Assembly: GCA_963845185.1 (NCBI GenBank)
Contig: CAWJRG010000010.1
Location: 256,001 to 320,000 of the forward strand
Direction of reading: 5' to 3'
DNA: 64,000 bases
From: an uncultured bacterium
GTDB taxonomy: Bacteria; Oederibacteriota; PGYV01; CAWJRG01
Of this stretch, positions 39,501 to 48,495 are shown one piece after another. Both the position numbers and the translations under genes were made by a program. Every line of letters begins with the position of its first letter. Within the stretch, counting starts at the first letter, position 1. The notes beneath the pieces were generated by a model. That model ran no database searches. It was not told where the DNA came from and worked only from the letters and a program-made list of their open reading frames with translations.

Positions 39501-39590
39501 GTTCCTCACCAGCCCCGCCCCGGGTATGTATTTCCATCCTGCTGCCTTTAACCGCTCTATAAACTGTTGTTCAAGACTTTGTTCTGTCAT
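36495..39590 (-). CDS. hsdR: Type I restriction enzyme subunit R
   Basis: DIMLYINGIPLVNIELK nuclease, WHWQGSGKT, DEGHRSQYG, FTGTP, MLITGFDAP, QAIARTNR. Confidence 0.95.
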   Translation of the reverse strand: MTEQSLEQQFIERLKAAGWKYIPGAGLVRNSLGDVLLENSLKNAIERINKSTNISPEEITRKIHEFKMLPTTEQGMKHALQYIKFGQRVEDKKERILKDLNFIDFNNTENNEYIVTNQPVYRAGDREIRSDIMLYINGIPLVNIELKSPESARKSWLDAVTDIKTYEKKIPELFKYVQIGVGADVVSKYFPIVPWNGELPQMYEWKSIEEIQDKTETGLKPVSTNTKDLFDIIEMLEPARLLDIIKYYLFFREERGRKTKVICRYMQYRATDKIVKRVTGRISGKKEKDRGLIWHWQGSGKTLTMIFAANKLFQMREAANPSIFFIVDREELETQLFDEFGYLDLFSDIEPISSIEDLRKILKHDGYRGKRGVFVTLIHKFNPGQLRDFESEMKAIEEEIKASGSSESTIAGRKNVICLIDEGHRSQYGILSAQMKSIFKSGNLFAFTGTPIANRERNTYKEFEYGDKLYLDRYFMEDSVRDGYTLEIAYQPRLTDEVHVDRDLIKFFYDQEDIDEINETMKEDVEKGVRERLSKINVVLENPEIIKIVAKDIAGHFKANLDGKFKAVVIAASRHACCLYKEELDRYFDEDETEIVMSMGQKEADQKIAAQYSRITEKYNEKDISEIKKKITPKFKDNADKSPKILIVTEMLITGFDAPVLQTVYLHKALKNYRLLQAIARTNRRYEEKEAGLVIDYVGVLDDIDKAFKAYEEKDRENILYDFDKMADKFADTIQGLKKLLERGKVDFENYDVQHLTSILKFISSEDRRQAEFDEKYRQARRLYELLGSSEVKIKFLKEYKWLTAFYYYYKKNFDEPEKDYYIRKYFKRTLENIYKGTEIKGLKELPGIRYDEARMRQLLAKADPTEEKAASIIFALRKYVLVDKAKNPIYEELADRVMRLIQEWQSNVKTYMEIIKAGNAIFDDKEAVENKQKELGLDNIEYVMFLRLKKEKLSDGDAVECMKQVKEKIREEGEYMLEYISNPEIGKAVTQIIRRIFRKKGYNPDELDRISGSIVSDIIGAQDYGKNTDK

Positions 39591-39633
39591 TTACCTACCT
39601 CTACGTAAAAAATATGAAGTAAAATTATATAAT

Positions 39634-41154
39634 TTAATCTCGAAAGAATACAGCTTCGCTATATCTCTTTGAGTTTTTTACAATTTCATTTGCTATTCTT
39701 TTTAATTCGATTTCTTTTTGAACATCATTTTTCCAAGCACGAGTAAAACGTAATTTCCATTTTTTTATTTTATTTAATGTTATTATCTGGGAATTTAAAT
39801 AACTAAATATATCTTTTGACTTTTTATTTTTCCAATCTAACAAACTTTTAATTTGAAATTCATTATCTAATTTTGATGAAATTTCATCTAATAAATCAAA
39901 ATGCAATTTTTTAGCGGATTTACAAAGTACTTTGGGAGGTAATTCTTGAATTATTTCCGCATAAGAAATACTTGTTTTCCATAAATTTTCTAAAGGTTGA
40001 TTGTTAATTCCCTCAATAAAAATAGCTTCTTTTGCGCCAAAGAAAAAATAAATTAATTGCCTGAAATTATAATAATCTTGGTCATTAGGGACATCCTTCA
40101 TATTAAATCTAAAAATGTCATCAGTTTTTATATTTATTACATATAATTCCGTCTTCGTTTTTCTATCATGATCCTTACTATTAATTATTTTTTTTCGTAA
40201 AATTTCAGAAAATTCGATAGCACTTAATCTATTATTCTTAGGTTTAACTAAATATAAAGCTATTGATTTCGTACCAATTTGCGGAATATTAGAAGCAAAT
40301 ATTCGATTTCCCAAAACAATTATAGGTAACTTTGGGAGGTAATTTTTTTCAATATCTTTTGGAATGTTTTTACCAATTATTAAAAATGCTCCTTTTACTT
40401 TATCAAAAGTACCAGCATCTCTAAAAATTTTCTTATCTATTTTTTCTTGAATTATTTCTCTTAAAACACTATTTAATTCTGCTTTTTTATTAATTTCTTT
40501 TTGAAAAAAATCATACATTTGTTTAGCATTTAACAAGCGAGCAATTTCAAATAGAATTTTTAATGTGTTTTTAAATCCTAATTCATTATTTAAATTTTCC
40601 AATTTATTTTTTTCATTTCTTAAATTATAAACATTAGCCATAACTCTTTCATTTCTTGTTGTTTTCTGAAAACTATATTTATTTAATCTTGTTATTATAA
40701 AATTTTTTAAATCTTTTAGCGTTGGTTCATTATTTAAATCATGCGGTTTTGCGTTTATATATATATTCAACAAGCATATAAATATAAGAGCGTTATTAAA
40801 TGGTTCATCTGCTTTAATAAGATTTTTCTCAAATATTTTTTCAATGCAATCTTCTAAACTAAGTGGATAGTCATCCGTTGCTTCAATCTTTTTAATATTA
40901 CCAATAAAGACCAATGCGTTATAAATCCTATCTATTATTTTAGTATTCCAGTCTTTATTGAATTTTTTTATCTTATATTCATCAATTACTTCTTTTAAAG
41001 CAAGCCACCCAAATGAAAATAAATTAATTATTAGTTTAATTATAAGGTTTTGATCTTTTAATGTGGTAAAAGTCAAAATTAACATTATTCCTATAATTAA
41101 TAAAAACAAAATCATATTTTTTTTATAAGTTAAAATAATTTTTTCAAATGTCAT
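39634..41154 (-). CDS. Hypothetical 506-aa protein with N-terminal TM helices, embedded in the RM locus
   Basis: Long, very AT-rich ORF; start overlaps the hsdS stop; two hydrophobic N-terminal segments; no motif recognised. Confidence 0.8.
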   Translation of the reverse strand: MTFEKIILTYKKNMILFLLIIGIMLILTFTTLKDQNLIIKLIINLFSFGWLALKEVIDEYKIKKFNKDWNTKIIDRIYNALVFIGNIKKIEATDDYPLSLEDCIEKIFEKNLIKADEPFNNALIFICLLNIYINAKPHDLNNEPTLKDLKNFIITRLNKYSFQKTTRNERVMANVYNLRNEKNKLENLNNELGFKNTLKILFEIARLLNAKQMYDFFQKEINKKAELNSVLREIIQEKIDKKIFRDAGTFDKVKGAFLIIGKNIPKDIEKNYLPKLPIIVLGNRIFASNIPQIGTKSIALYLVKPKNNRLSAIEFSEILRKKIINSKDHDRKTKTELYVINIKTDDIFRFNMKDVPNDQDYYNFRQLIYFFFGAKEAIFIEGINNQPLENLWKTSISYAEIIQELPPKVLCKSAKKLHFDLLDEISSKLDNEFQIKSLLDWKNKKSKDIFSYLNSQIITLNKIKKWKLRFTRAWKNDVQKEIELKRIANEIVKNSKRYSEAVFFRD

Positions 41155-42361
41155 TTTTAATACCCCTTTTAATCCTTTGTTTTCCTGTCAAAAGTACATT
41201 TATAAGCCCTTTTTTCAGAAGTTCAAATTTTCCTTTTCTATTTTCTTCGATATTTAATTGTTTATCAATATTTGAAATAATAGAAGCAATTTCACGTTGT
41301 TCAATTATAGACAATTTAACAATCTTAAAATTAACAATGTCCCTTTGAAAAAGATGGGGAATACTACTGCCGGATATTTTTTCCTTTATTAAGCTTGTAA
41401 AATTATTTGATTGGAAATATTGGAATACAAATTCAGCATCATATAATTTTTCATCAGTTCTTATAAGCATCATTGTTCCATTTATAGTTGCCTTATCAGG
41501 CAATTCATCAATATAAGCCACTCTTCCAATTGTTCCATCTTTACTTATGATAATATCTTTTTCTTTTAAAATAATTTCATGCGATTCTTCATATCTTTCA
41601 ATTGAAATATGTTGGCATCTATTCCAGATTACTTTTCCGTTTTCAATATGATTACCTGCTATAAGATAGGGCCCCGATTTAGTATATTCTTTTGAAGATA
41701 ATGCTCTCCATCCAATTCTTGCTTTAATATATGAAAAATCTCCTAGCCTAACCACCTCCCACTCCTCTGGTATCTCCCCAAGTTCGGTTTTTTTAAACTT
41801 CTTATGCCCTATGCCTCTTGTCAGCAGTTTCTGCATCATGCCTTTTTTCAGCCGCTCGGTCTTCTGTATCTTCTCCTCCGCCATCGAGATGGCGTCGTCA
41901 ACAGTGGACAAGACTTTGGCGATTTTGTTTTGCTCAATGATAGGAGGCATAACAGTTTTTCTTCTATACACAATGTCTCTATTTAATCCCGGAATAGCAG
42001 AGGAAGTTTCCATTTTTGATAAATCAAGCTTGTTTAATAAATAATAAAAGTATTTTAAATCAATATCTTTTTGCTTAAATTTAATAAAATATGTTGTATC
42101 TATAGCCCAAAAATCAGTATTGCACAAATGAATTGACCCAATAGACCCCTTTCTACCTACTAATATACCCGGCCCCTTAGCATTGTAGGAATCGTGATTG
42201 CCAACAAGTCCATTTGAACCATATACCGGATATTTTCCTCCATCCCGTTCATTCCTTTTTAAGGCAGAACCATATTCAAGTGTACAAATATCCCCAATTG
42301 ATATAAGGTTCCACTCTTCCGGTATCTCGCCAAATTCTGTTTTTTTATAGCCGGATTTCAT
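41144..42361 (-). CDS. hsdS: Type I RM specificity subunit S
   Basis: Two target recognition domains (TRDs), each preceded by K.TE.GEIPEEW; EQNKIA/EQREIA and LKKG.MQ.LLT conserved regions. Confidence 0.95.
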   Translation of the reverse strand: MKSGYKKTEFGEIPEEWNLISIGDICTLEYGSALKRNERDGGKYPVYGSNGLVGNHDSYNAKGPGILVGRKGSIGSIHLCNTDFWAIDTTYFIKFKQKDIDLKYFYYLLNKLDLSKMETSSAIPGLNRDIVYRRKTVMPPIIEQNKIAKVLSTVDDAISMAEEKIQKTERLKKGMMQKLLTRGIGHKKFKKTELGEIPEEWEVVRLGDFSYIKARIGWRALSSKEYTKSGPYLIAGNHIENGKVIWNRCQHISIERYEESHEIILKEKDIIISKDGTIGRVAYIDELPDKATINGTMMLIRTDEKLYDAEFVFQYFQSNNFTSLIKEKISGSSIPHLFQRDIVNFKIVKLSIIEQREIASIISNIDKQLNIEENRKGKFELLKKGLINVLLTGKQRIKRGIKNDI

Positions 42362-43302
42362 TGCTTCTCCTCCCCAGCTTCATCCATTAACAAAACAAGC
42401 GAACCTAAAATCATGTACGTTTCTATTACGCATAAATTAATATCTGTTTCTTTAAGATCGTTATGCGTTCCTTTCGAAAGTATATTATGGAGAAAAATTA
42501 CTCTACTATCTAAATCGGATACCCTTGCCATTAATAATTTTGCTTTATCGTCTTTTGCTTTTTGATCAATAAATGCAATAATTCTATTCTTATATTTATC
42601 ATCTGTTACATCAATTTCTGTCCCGTCATTACGAACAAATTTTTCTTTTCTAGCAGGAAATACCACATTTGCAAAAGCTTTAATTATATTTCGACATGTT
42701 GATAAGGCCTGCGACCATTCTTCAGGATTTGTTGAAGGAAGTCTGTCATATACAGCAATAAATTTGTCTATAATATCCGGAGAAATTTCCTGAAGTTTCT
42801 TATTAACATCTTTTTGCATTTTGATAAATATATCTTCAAGTATTTTTCCAAATTTATATTTGTGATTTATCCTCACAACATAAATATAAATATGTGATCG
42901 TATTTTTGCTAATAATCCCTTATTTTTCTTAATTCTTGCAGCAAGATGATTTCCCTTTGAATCCTTATATGAAATTTGATCTGTTTCTATTTCACTTTCT
43001 ATTTCCGGCACCGAATCAGTCCAATATTGATATATTTCTTTTCCCGCATTATCTTTTGTCTTTATATACCTTCCTGACCATCCAGCAAATGCTTGTAATT
43101 TATCATCTTTTATATCGGTAACATTCTGTTCTTGATAACCCATAAGTTCTGCAGCAAACCATTTTTCCGCCTCTTTATCATTTGTTAATCTTGCCAATTT
43201 TTGACACTTAAATAGAATCTTCTCAAAAGCTATTCTGTCCATTTCAAAATCTGAAATAATTTCTTCAGATAAATCTATTATGTTTTTATCTCGTTCGCTC
43301 AT
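42358..43302 (-). CDS. AbiTii-like N-terminal domain protein with helical (HEPN-like) C-terminal domain
   Basis: ILFKCQKLARLTND..AEKWFAAELMGY matches the AbiTii pattern; C-terminus EEWSQALSTCR..KYKNRI..LSKGTH. Recognised by eye only. Confidence 0.7.
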   Translation of the reverse strand: MSERDKNIIDLSEEIISDFEMDRIAFEKILFKCQKLARLTNDKEAEKWFAAELMGYQEQNVTDIKDDKLQAFAGWSGRYIKTKDNAGKEIYQYWTDSVPEIESEIETDQISYKDSKGNHLAARIKKNKGLLAKIRSHIYIYVVRINHKYKFGKILEDIFIKMQKDVNKKLQEISPDIIDKFIAVYDRLPSTNPEEWSQALSTCRNIIKAFANVVFPARKEKFVRNDGTEIDVTDDKYKNRIIAFIDQKAKDDKAKLLMARVSDLDSRVIFLHNILSKGTHNDLKETDINLCVIETYMILGSLVLLMDEAGEEKQ

Positions 43303-43316
43303 AAACTCACCTCACA

Positions 43317-45104
43317 TTATTTTATCTCATTTAAATATCCTTCTATTTTCTTTTCCTTTAAAGTCAGTTCTTTCTCCAGTCCTTTTATCTCTTTCCAGAC
43401 CTTATCCGTATCAATATCCTCGATTTCCTCTTCTTTAGAGCAGTACATGGTTACATTAAGCGACCAGCCATTGTTTTCAATTTCCGATATACTCACAACA
43501 CGGGAAACGCCTTTTTTGCCCCTGTAACCGTCGTTATTTATAAATTCCCCGTAATAACCTTTGATTTCTTCAATATTTTTATCAGCAATAATATTTAATT
43601 TCCTGACATCGGGATGTTTTTCAAATAATCCGGAAGCGTTAATAAACAAAACCTTATTTTTCATCTCTTCTTTACGTTTTTTGTTTATAATGATTACACC
43701 GCCCGGCGCGCCCGTGTTATAAAAAAGCTTTTCAGGCAGCAGCATGACGCATTCGATAAGCCCTTTTGTTAAAACCGCCTGCCTTATATTTCCTTCTTTC
43801 CCGCTTCGGAACATTGCGCCGTTATCTATCACTATACCCGCCCTTCCTTTTTTATCGTCAAGGCTTGCGATTACATGCTGTATCCATGCCCAGTCAGCGG
43901 ACTGGTTGGGCGTAAAACCGTAGGTAAACCTTTCTTTTACAAAATTTCCTTTTTTAAGGTTTTCTTCGGGATACCCGTCCTGGTTCCACGGCGGGTTCAC
44001 AAGGACAATGTCGAATGTTTTTAGTTTTCCTTTGTCCTCGAACTTCGGATATTTAAGGCTGTCGCTTAATTTCAAAACATCCTGCTTTATGCCGTGAATG
44101 TACAGGTTCATCTGCGCGAGCGCGACTGACTGGGCGTTTGCCTCCTCACCGTACAGGGAAAGGGTCTTTGCTTTTCCTGGCCCTTCCTTTTCAGTCACGT
44201 ATTTATATGCCTGCAACAGCATATTTGCCGCGCCGCAGGCCGGGTCATAAACATTCTCGCCTGATTTTGGTTTTGTTATTTCCACAAGAAGCCTTATCAC
44301 TTCTTTTGGCGTGTACACCTCGCCTTCCTTTGCCTTTTGCGGCGCGAAATACCTGATTATCCATTCATAAGAGTCTCCAAGCACGTCGTCGGAAACGTTT
44401 GAAAGCCGTTTTTCGCTGAACAGCTCGACAAGCTGCCTTAACAGCTCGGAATTTTCCTTGTTCCCGGAAAACTGGATAAAGGAAGTCTGTGATACTATTT
44501 CTTTTATCTTAGGGTTATGGTCGCCGATCTCCTTCAATATTTCCGACAACCCTTCGGGCAAATGGGACACATCGTTTCTTATGTTGTCCCAGAAATTCAT
44601 ATTGACACCCAGGTATTTGTCGGGCACGATAAAGTCATGATACGCTTCGTTCATGGCTTCTTTCTTTGCCTGGTTCTCCGAATACCCGTCTGCTTTTGCT
44701 TTTTCATATTCGTCTTCAAATTCCTTCTGCCACTTATCGCTTATCCTTTTTAAAAACAAAAGCACGAGAATAAACTTATAATCAACCCTTGTGCGTATAA
44801 GGTCCGCCGCGCGTTTTAAAATCTTTTCTATGTCATCCCTTGTCAATTCCTTGCTTTCGGAAAGCATTGGTTTCACCCCGTCGCCGCATTCCAGGAGCCT
44901 GTATATTTTTCTTCTGGCATTTTCCGGGTCTTTCACCACCTCAAGGCACTTATCCTTGCTGATGGAGGAAAGAATTGTCAATACCTGCTTTTCTTCGTCT
45001 CCATATGTGTCTTTAAGAATCCTGGCGGCATTCTCAAACCTGAACTTTCCTTCTCCCAGTTTATCCTTTAATATCTGGTATCTCTTTCTAACCCATTTAT
45101 CCAT
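43317..45104 (-). CDS. hsdM: Type I RM methyltransferase subunit M with N-terminal extension
   Basis: GEVYTP, YDPACGAA, NPPW (m6A motif IV), LPEKLFYNTG; about 85 extra N-terminal residues. Confidence 0.95.
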   Translation of the reverse strand: MDKWVRKRYQILKDKLGEGKFRFENAARILKDTYGDEEKQVLTILSSISKDKCLEVVKDPENARRKIYRLLECGDGVKPMLSESKELTRDDIEKILKRAADLIRTRVDYKFILVLLFLKRISDKWQKEFEDEYEKAKADGYSENQAKKEAMNEAYHDFIVPDKYLGVNMNFWDNIRNDVSHLPEGLSEILKEIGDHNPKIKEIVSQTSFIQFSGNKENSELLRQLVELFSEKRLSNVSDDVLGDSYEWIIRYFAPQKAKEGEVYTPKEVIRLLVEITKPKSGENVYDPACGAANMLLQAYKYVTEKEGPGKAKTLSLYGEEANAQSVALAQMNLYIHGIKQDVLKLSDSLKYPKFEDKGKLKTFDIVLVNPPWNQDGYPEENLKKGNFVKERFTYGFTPNQSADWAWIQHVIASLDDKKGRAGIVIDNGAMFRSGKEGNIRQAVLTKGLIECVMLLPEKLFYNTGAPGGVIIINKKRKEEMKNKVLFINASGLFEKHPDVRKLNIIADKNIEEIKGYYGEFINNDGYRGKKGVSRVVSISEIENNGWSLNVTMYCSKEEEIEDIDTDKVWKEIKGLEKELTLKEKKIEGYLNEIK

Positions 45105-45129
45105 GCTTTCCTCCTGATATACAAGTAAT

Positions 45130-45217
45130 CAACCAAATAGGTTGTATATTCCCGAAACTCAAAAAAAAAGACCTTTTTACTTATTCTAATTATAACGGCT
45201 GGATGCAAAAAAGTCAA
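45130..45217 (-). promoter_or_regulatory. Promoter of the RM operon and downstream palindrome
   Basis: TTGACT-N17-TATAAT (45217-45189); CAACC-N5-GGTTG at 45130-45144 just before the hsdM SD. Confidence 0.55.
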
Positions 45218-45301
45218 GCTCCTTTCAGCTATCGGCTGCTCCCCTGCATCAGGAATATCCTAGAAATTTCAGGAAGAACCTATAAATTCCACTTAACACC
45301 C

Positions 45302-46144
45302 TTACTCTCCTGCCACAAGATAATCCCCAGCGTGGTACGAGCTCCGGACATAAGGCCCGCTTTCGACGTGCAGGAACCCCATATCAAGCGCGATATTTTT
45401 ATATTCTTCAAATTTCTCCGGCTTAATAAACTCAACAACCTCGTAATTCTGGTTTCCAGGCCTCAGGTACTGACCTATGCTTAAAAATTCGCATCCCGCT
45501 TTCCTCAAATCGCTGAAAACCCCTTTAACTTCGTCATGCTTTTCACCCAGGCCGAGCATTATGCCCGATTTTGTGAATATATTCGGTGTTTTCCTGGCAA
45601 AAGCCAGCACTTGGAGGCTCTTTCCATAATCAGCGCCCTTCCTTATATTATATAAAGAAGGCACAACCTCAAGATTGTGGCCGAAAATCTCGGGCTTCGC
45701 GTCAAGGACCTTCTGTATCGCTCTAAAATCACCTTTAAAATCCGGGGCAAGTACTTCTACTTTAATGGCTATATTGTGCTCTTTGATCAGTTTTATCGTC
45801 TGCGCGAAGATTTCTGCCCCGCCATCCTCCATATCGTCCCTTGTGACGGAAGTTATCACAACATATCTTAATTTCATCCTTTTTACAGCTTCAAGCACCC
45901 TTTTTGGTTCATCTTTATCAATTGGCTTTGGCGTGCCCTTTTTTACACTGCAAAAACCGCACTGCCTTGTGCACGTGTCTCCGAGTATTAAAAAAGTCGC
46001 GGTGCTGTTGTGGAAGCACTCCGAGATATTCGGGCACCTTGCCTGGTGGCAGACAGTATGCAGGCCCAGGTCCTTCATGTAATCGTCAGTGCCCGCGATC
46101 TTTTTAAAATCTATTTTCTTGTTGAGCCAGTTTGGTTTTCTCAT
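45302..46144 (-). CDS. lipA: Lipoyl synthase
   Basis: TVCHQARCPNISEC, CTRQCGFC, VITSVTRDD, GQYLRP, VRSSYHA. Confidence 0.96.
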   Translation of the reverse strand: MRKPNWLNKKIDFKKIAGTDDYMKDLGLHTVCHQARCPNISECFHNSTATFLILGDTCTRQCGFCSVKKGTPKPIDKDEPKRVLEAVKRMKLRYVVITSVTRDDMEDGGAEIFAQTIKLIKEHNIAIKVEVLAPDFKGDFRAIQKVLDAKPEIFGHNLEVVPSLYNIRKGADYGKSLQVLAFARKTPNIFTKSGIMLGLGEKHDEVKGVFSDLRKAGCEFLSIGQYLRPGNQNYEVVEFIKPEKFEEYKNIALDMGFLHVESGPYVRSSYHAGDYLVAGE

Positions 46145-46148
46145 GATA

Positions 46149-46985
46149 TTATTCGCCTTCCATCGTCAGGGCAGGCTCATTCTGCCCGTCGGCCGTATTT
46201 TTCAGGTTCCATTCGTCTTTTGAATATTTCTCATCTATTAATCTTTTTATTGTATTTCTTTCATCAACTGTCAAATCCTGTTCTTTCAGGCCGAACCTGA
46301 ATGTGCGGTCAAAAGCCGCGATAAATCTTTCTACAATTTCGAAAACCATGATTTGTTTGTTTGTGAATTCATTAAGCGCACCGAAATTGGCGTAATTAAT
46401 ATCGGCGTTGAAATATTTTGATATTTTTCCACTGTTTATCGAAAGAGGTATTGACCCGTGCTGAAAAATCAATCCCTTTTTCCTTGCCTGCGCATTTCCG
46501 CCTATTTTCTTGTTTGCAATGATTATGTCGTATTCTTCCTTGCCTGAAAAACAAAACCCAGGCCGTTCCTCGGGCCTCGTGTAACTGATAACATCTTTCG
46601 CGTATCCGGGTTCCAGTCCGAAATCCTGGTATAATTTCATGATAAAAGAATTCAGCCTTTCAAAAGATTTTTTTACAGGCGCTTTTTTACATCTTATATC
46701 CTCTTCAGAACATATGATACAGTAAGTAAGTTCATCATCATGCAGTATCGCTCCGCCCCCGGTCATCCTCCTGACAATTGCAACATTATCGTTCCTGCAT
46801 TTTTCAACGCTTACGTCCCTTCCTGCGTCCTGGTATTTCCCGACGGATATCCCCGCAGGCTGCCATGAATAAAGCCTGAGGATCGGCGTTTTATTCAGCT
46901 TATAAAATTCAAACAATGACTCGTCTATGGCCATGTTTTCAAAAGCATGGTATGCTTTATACGGTATGTAACGCCAGGATTTCAT
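46149..46985 (-). CDS. Lipoate-protein ligase / octanoyltransferase (LplA/LipM family)
   Basis: NMAIDE, LRLYSW, VRRMTGGGAILH, KKIGGNAQ, QHGSI. Confidence 0.9.
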   Translation of the reverse strand: MKSWRYIPYKAYHAFENMAIDESLFEFYKLNKTPILRLYSWQPAGISVGKYQDAGRDVSVEKCRNDNVAIVRRMTGGGAILHDDELTYCIICSEEDIRCKKAPVKKSFERLNSFIMKLYQDFGLEPGYAKDVISYTRPEERPGFCFSGKEEYDIIIANKKIGGNAQARKKGLIFQHGSIPLSINSGKISKYFNADINYANFGALNEFTNKQIMVFEIVERFIAAFDRTFRFGLKEQDLTVDERNTIKRLIDEKYSKDEWNLKNTADGQNEPALTMEGE

Positions 46986-47020
46986 TTATTTTATCTCCCC
47001 GTTTCCTGCTGTATATATTT

Positions 47021-47048
47021 GTTGAGACGTTTTGCAAAGCGTCTCAAC
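47021..47048. repeat. Isolated REP-like hairpin
   Basis: GTTGAGACGTTTTGCAAAGCGTCTCAAC near-perfect palindrome after the gcvPB stop. Confidence 0.5.
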
Positions 47049-47055
47049 TTTTAAA

Positions 47056-48495
47056 TTATTCACAAATAATTTTTACTTCTTTAGCCGCTTTTGTTTCGTC
47101 CGGCCTTGATATCTCGGTCATCATTGGCGCGGACTTGATTTTTTCCGGGTCTTTCTCGGCTAGCCCGGCTATTTCTATCATTGCTGAAATAAATTCATCC
47201 AGGGTTTCTTTTGACTCTGTTTCCGTAGGCTCAATCATTATTGCTTCTTCCACCACCAGCGGGAAATATATTGTCGGCGGGTGTATGCCGCGGTCTATCA
47301 GCGCTTTTGCTATGTCAACGGCGTGTACCCCGTTTTTTGCCTGGTTTTTAGCTGAAAACACGCATTCATGCATGCATGTTTTGTCATAAGGCAAATAATA
47401 ATATTTTTTCAATTTTTCTTTAACATAATTCGCGTTTAAAACTGCTTTCTCAGCTACGTCAATCAGGCCTTCCTTCCCGAGCATTAAAATATAAGCGTAA
47501 GCCTTGAGCATGACTCCGAAATTCCCGAAAAACGAAGCCACTGCTCCTATTGTGTCCTCTTTATGTATAATTGCCTTGTACTGGTTGTCCATTCCGCGTT
47601 CCACGATTGGCGTCGGTAGCAATCCGGAAATTTTCTCTGATACTCCCACAACGCCCGAACCCGGGCCACCGCCTCCGTGAGGTGTTGAAAAAGTCTTGTG
47701 CAAATTTATGTGAATTATGTCAAAACCTATGTCCCCGGGCCTTACTTTGCCAAGAATTGCGTTTAAATTCGCGCCGTCGTAATACATGAGCGCGTCGTAC
47801 TTGTGTGATATATCTATTATTTCCTTTACCCTTTTATGGAAAATCCCGACCGTATTCGGCATGGTCATCATTACGCCTGCGACCTCGTCGTTCATCTTTT
47901 TCTTGAACAGGTCAAGGTCCATCTCGCCCTCGCTGTCTACAGGCACTGATATTACAGTGTAACCGCCCATTGCAGCGCTCGCAGGGTTTGTGCCGTGCGC
48001 CGAGTCCGGTACTATTACGTATTTTTTCTTATTGCCCTTGTTTTTATGGTAAGCAGCCATTAAAAGTATGCCTGTTAATTCGCCGTGTGCGCCGGCATAT
48101 GGCTGTGTAGTGAACTTTTTCATGCCTGTTATCTCTGAAAGCAAAAAGGACAGATTATAAACAACCTCCAGCGCTCCCTGGGCCGACTTTTCGTCTATAT
48201 ACGCGAGGTATGGATGCAAATCAGTAAACCCGGGCAGCACGCTGACTGCCTCGTTTATCTTGGGATTATATTTCATGGTGCATGAGCCCAGCGGATAAAA
48301 ATGCGTGTCGACCGAGAAATTTTTACGCGATAAATTTATATAATGCCTTATTACGTCAAGTTCCGAAAGTTCGGGCAAATCAGCGTCAATACTGCTTAAA
48401 TATTTAGCGTCTATTTTTTTGATTGTATCCGGATCCGCTTTCCCCGCGTCAACGCCTTTTCTTCCTTTTACGCTCTTCTCAAAAATCAGCTTCAT
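47056..48495 (-). CDS. gcvPB: Glycine dehydrogenase (decarboxylating) subunit 2
   Basis: FYPLGSCTMKYNPK, SAHGTNPASA, HINLHKTFSTPHGGGGPG, MIEPTETESK. Confidence 0.96.
   Translation of the reverse strand: MKLIFEKSVKGRKGVDAGKADPDTIKKIDAKYLSSIDADLPELSELDVIRHYINLSRKNFSVDTHFYPLGSCTMKYNPKINEAVSVLPGFTDLHPYLAYIDEKSAQGALEVVYNLSFLLSEITGMKKFTTQPYAGAHGELTGILLMAAYHKNKGNKKKYVIVPDSAHGTNPASAAMGGYTVISVPVDSEGEMDLDLFKKKMNDEVAGVMMTMPNTVGIFHKRVKEIIDISHKYDALMYYDGANLNAILGKVRPGDIGFDIIHINLHKTFSTPHGGGGPGSGVVGVSEKISGLLPTPIVERGMDNQYKAIIHKEDTIGAVASFFGNFGVMLKAYAYILMLGKEGLIDVAEKAVLNANYVKEKLKKYYYLPYDKTCMHECVFSAKNQAKNGVHAVDIAKALIDRGIHPPTIYFPLVVEEAIMIEPTETESKETLDEFISAMIEIAGLAEKDPEKIKSAPMMTEISRPDETKAAKEVKIICE

Noticed and set aside
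35900..45300. RM locus as an intact mobile element
   Set aside because: No integrase, transposase, tRNA or flanking direct repeats could be seen.
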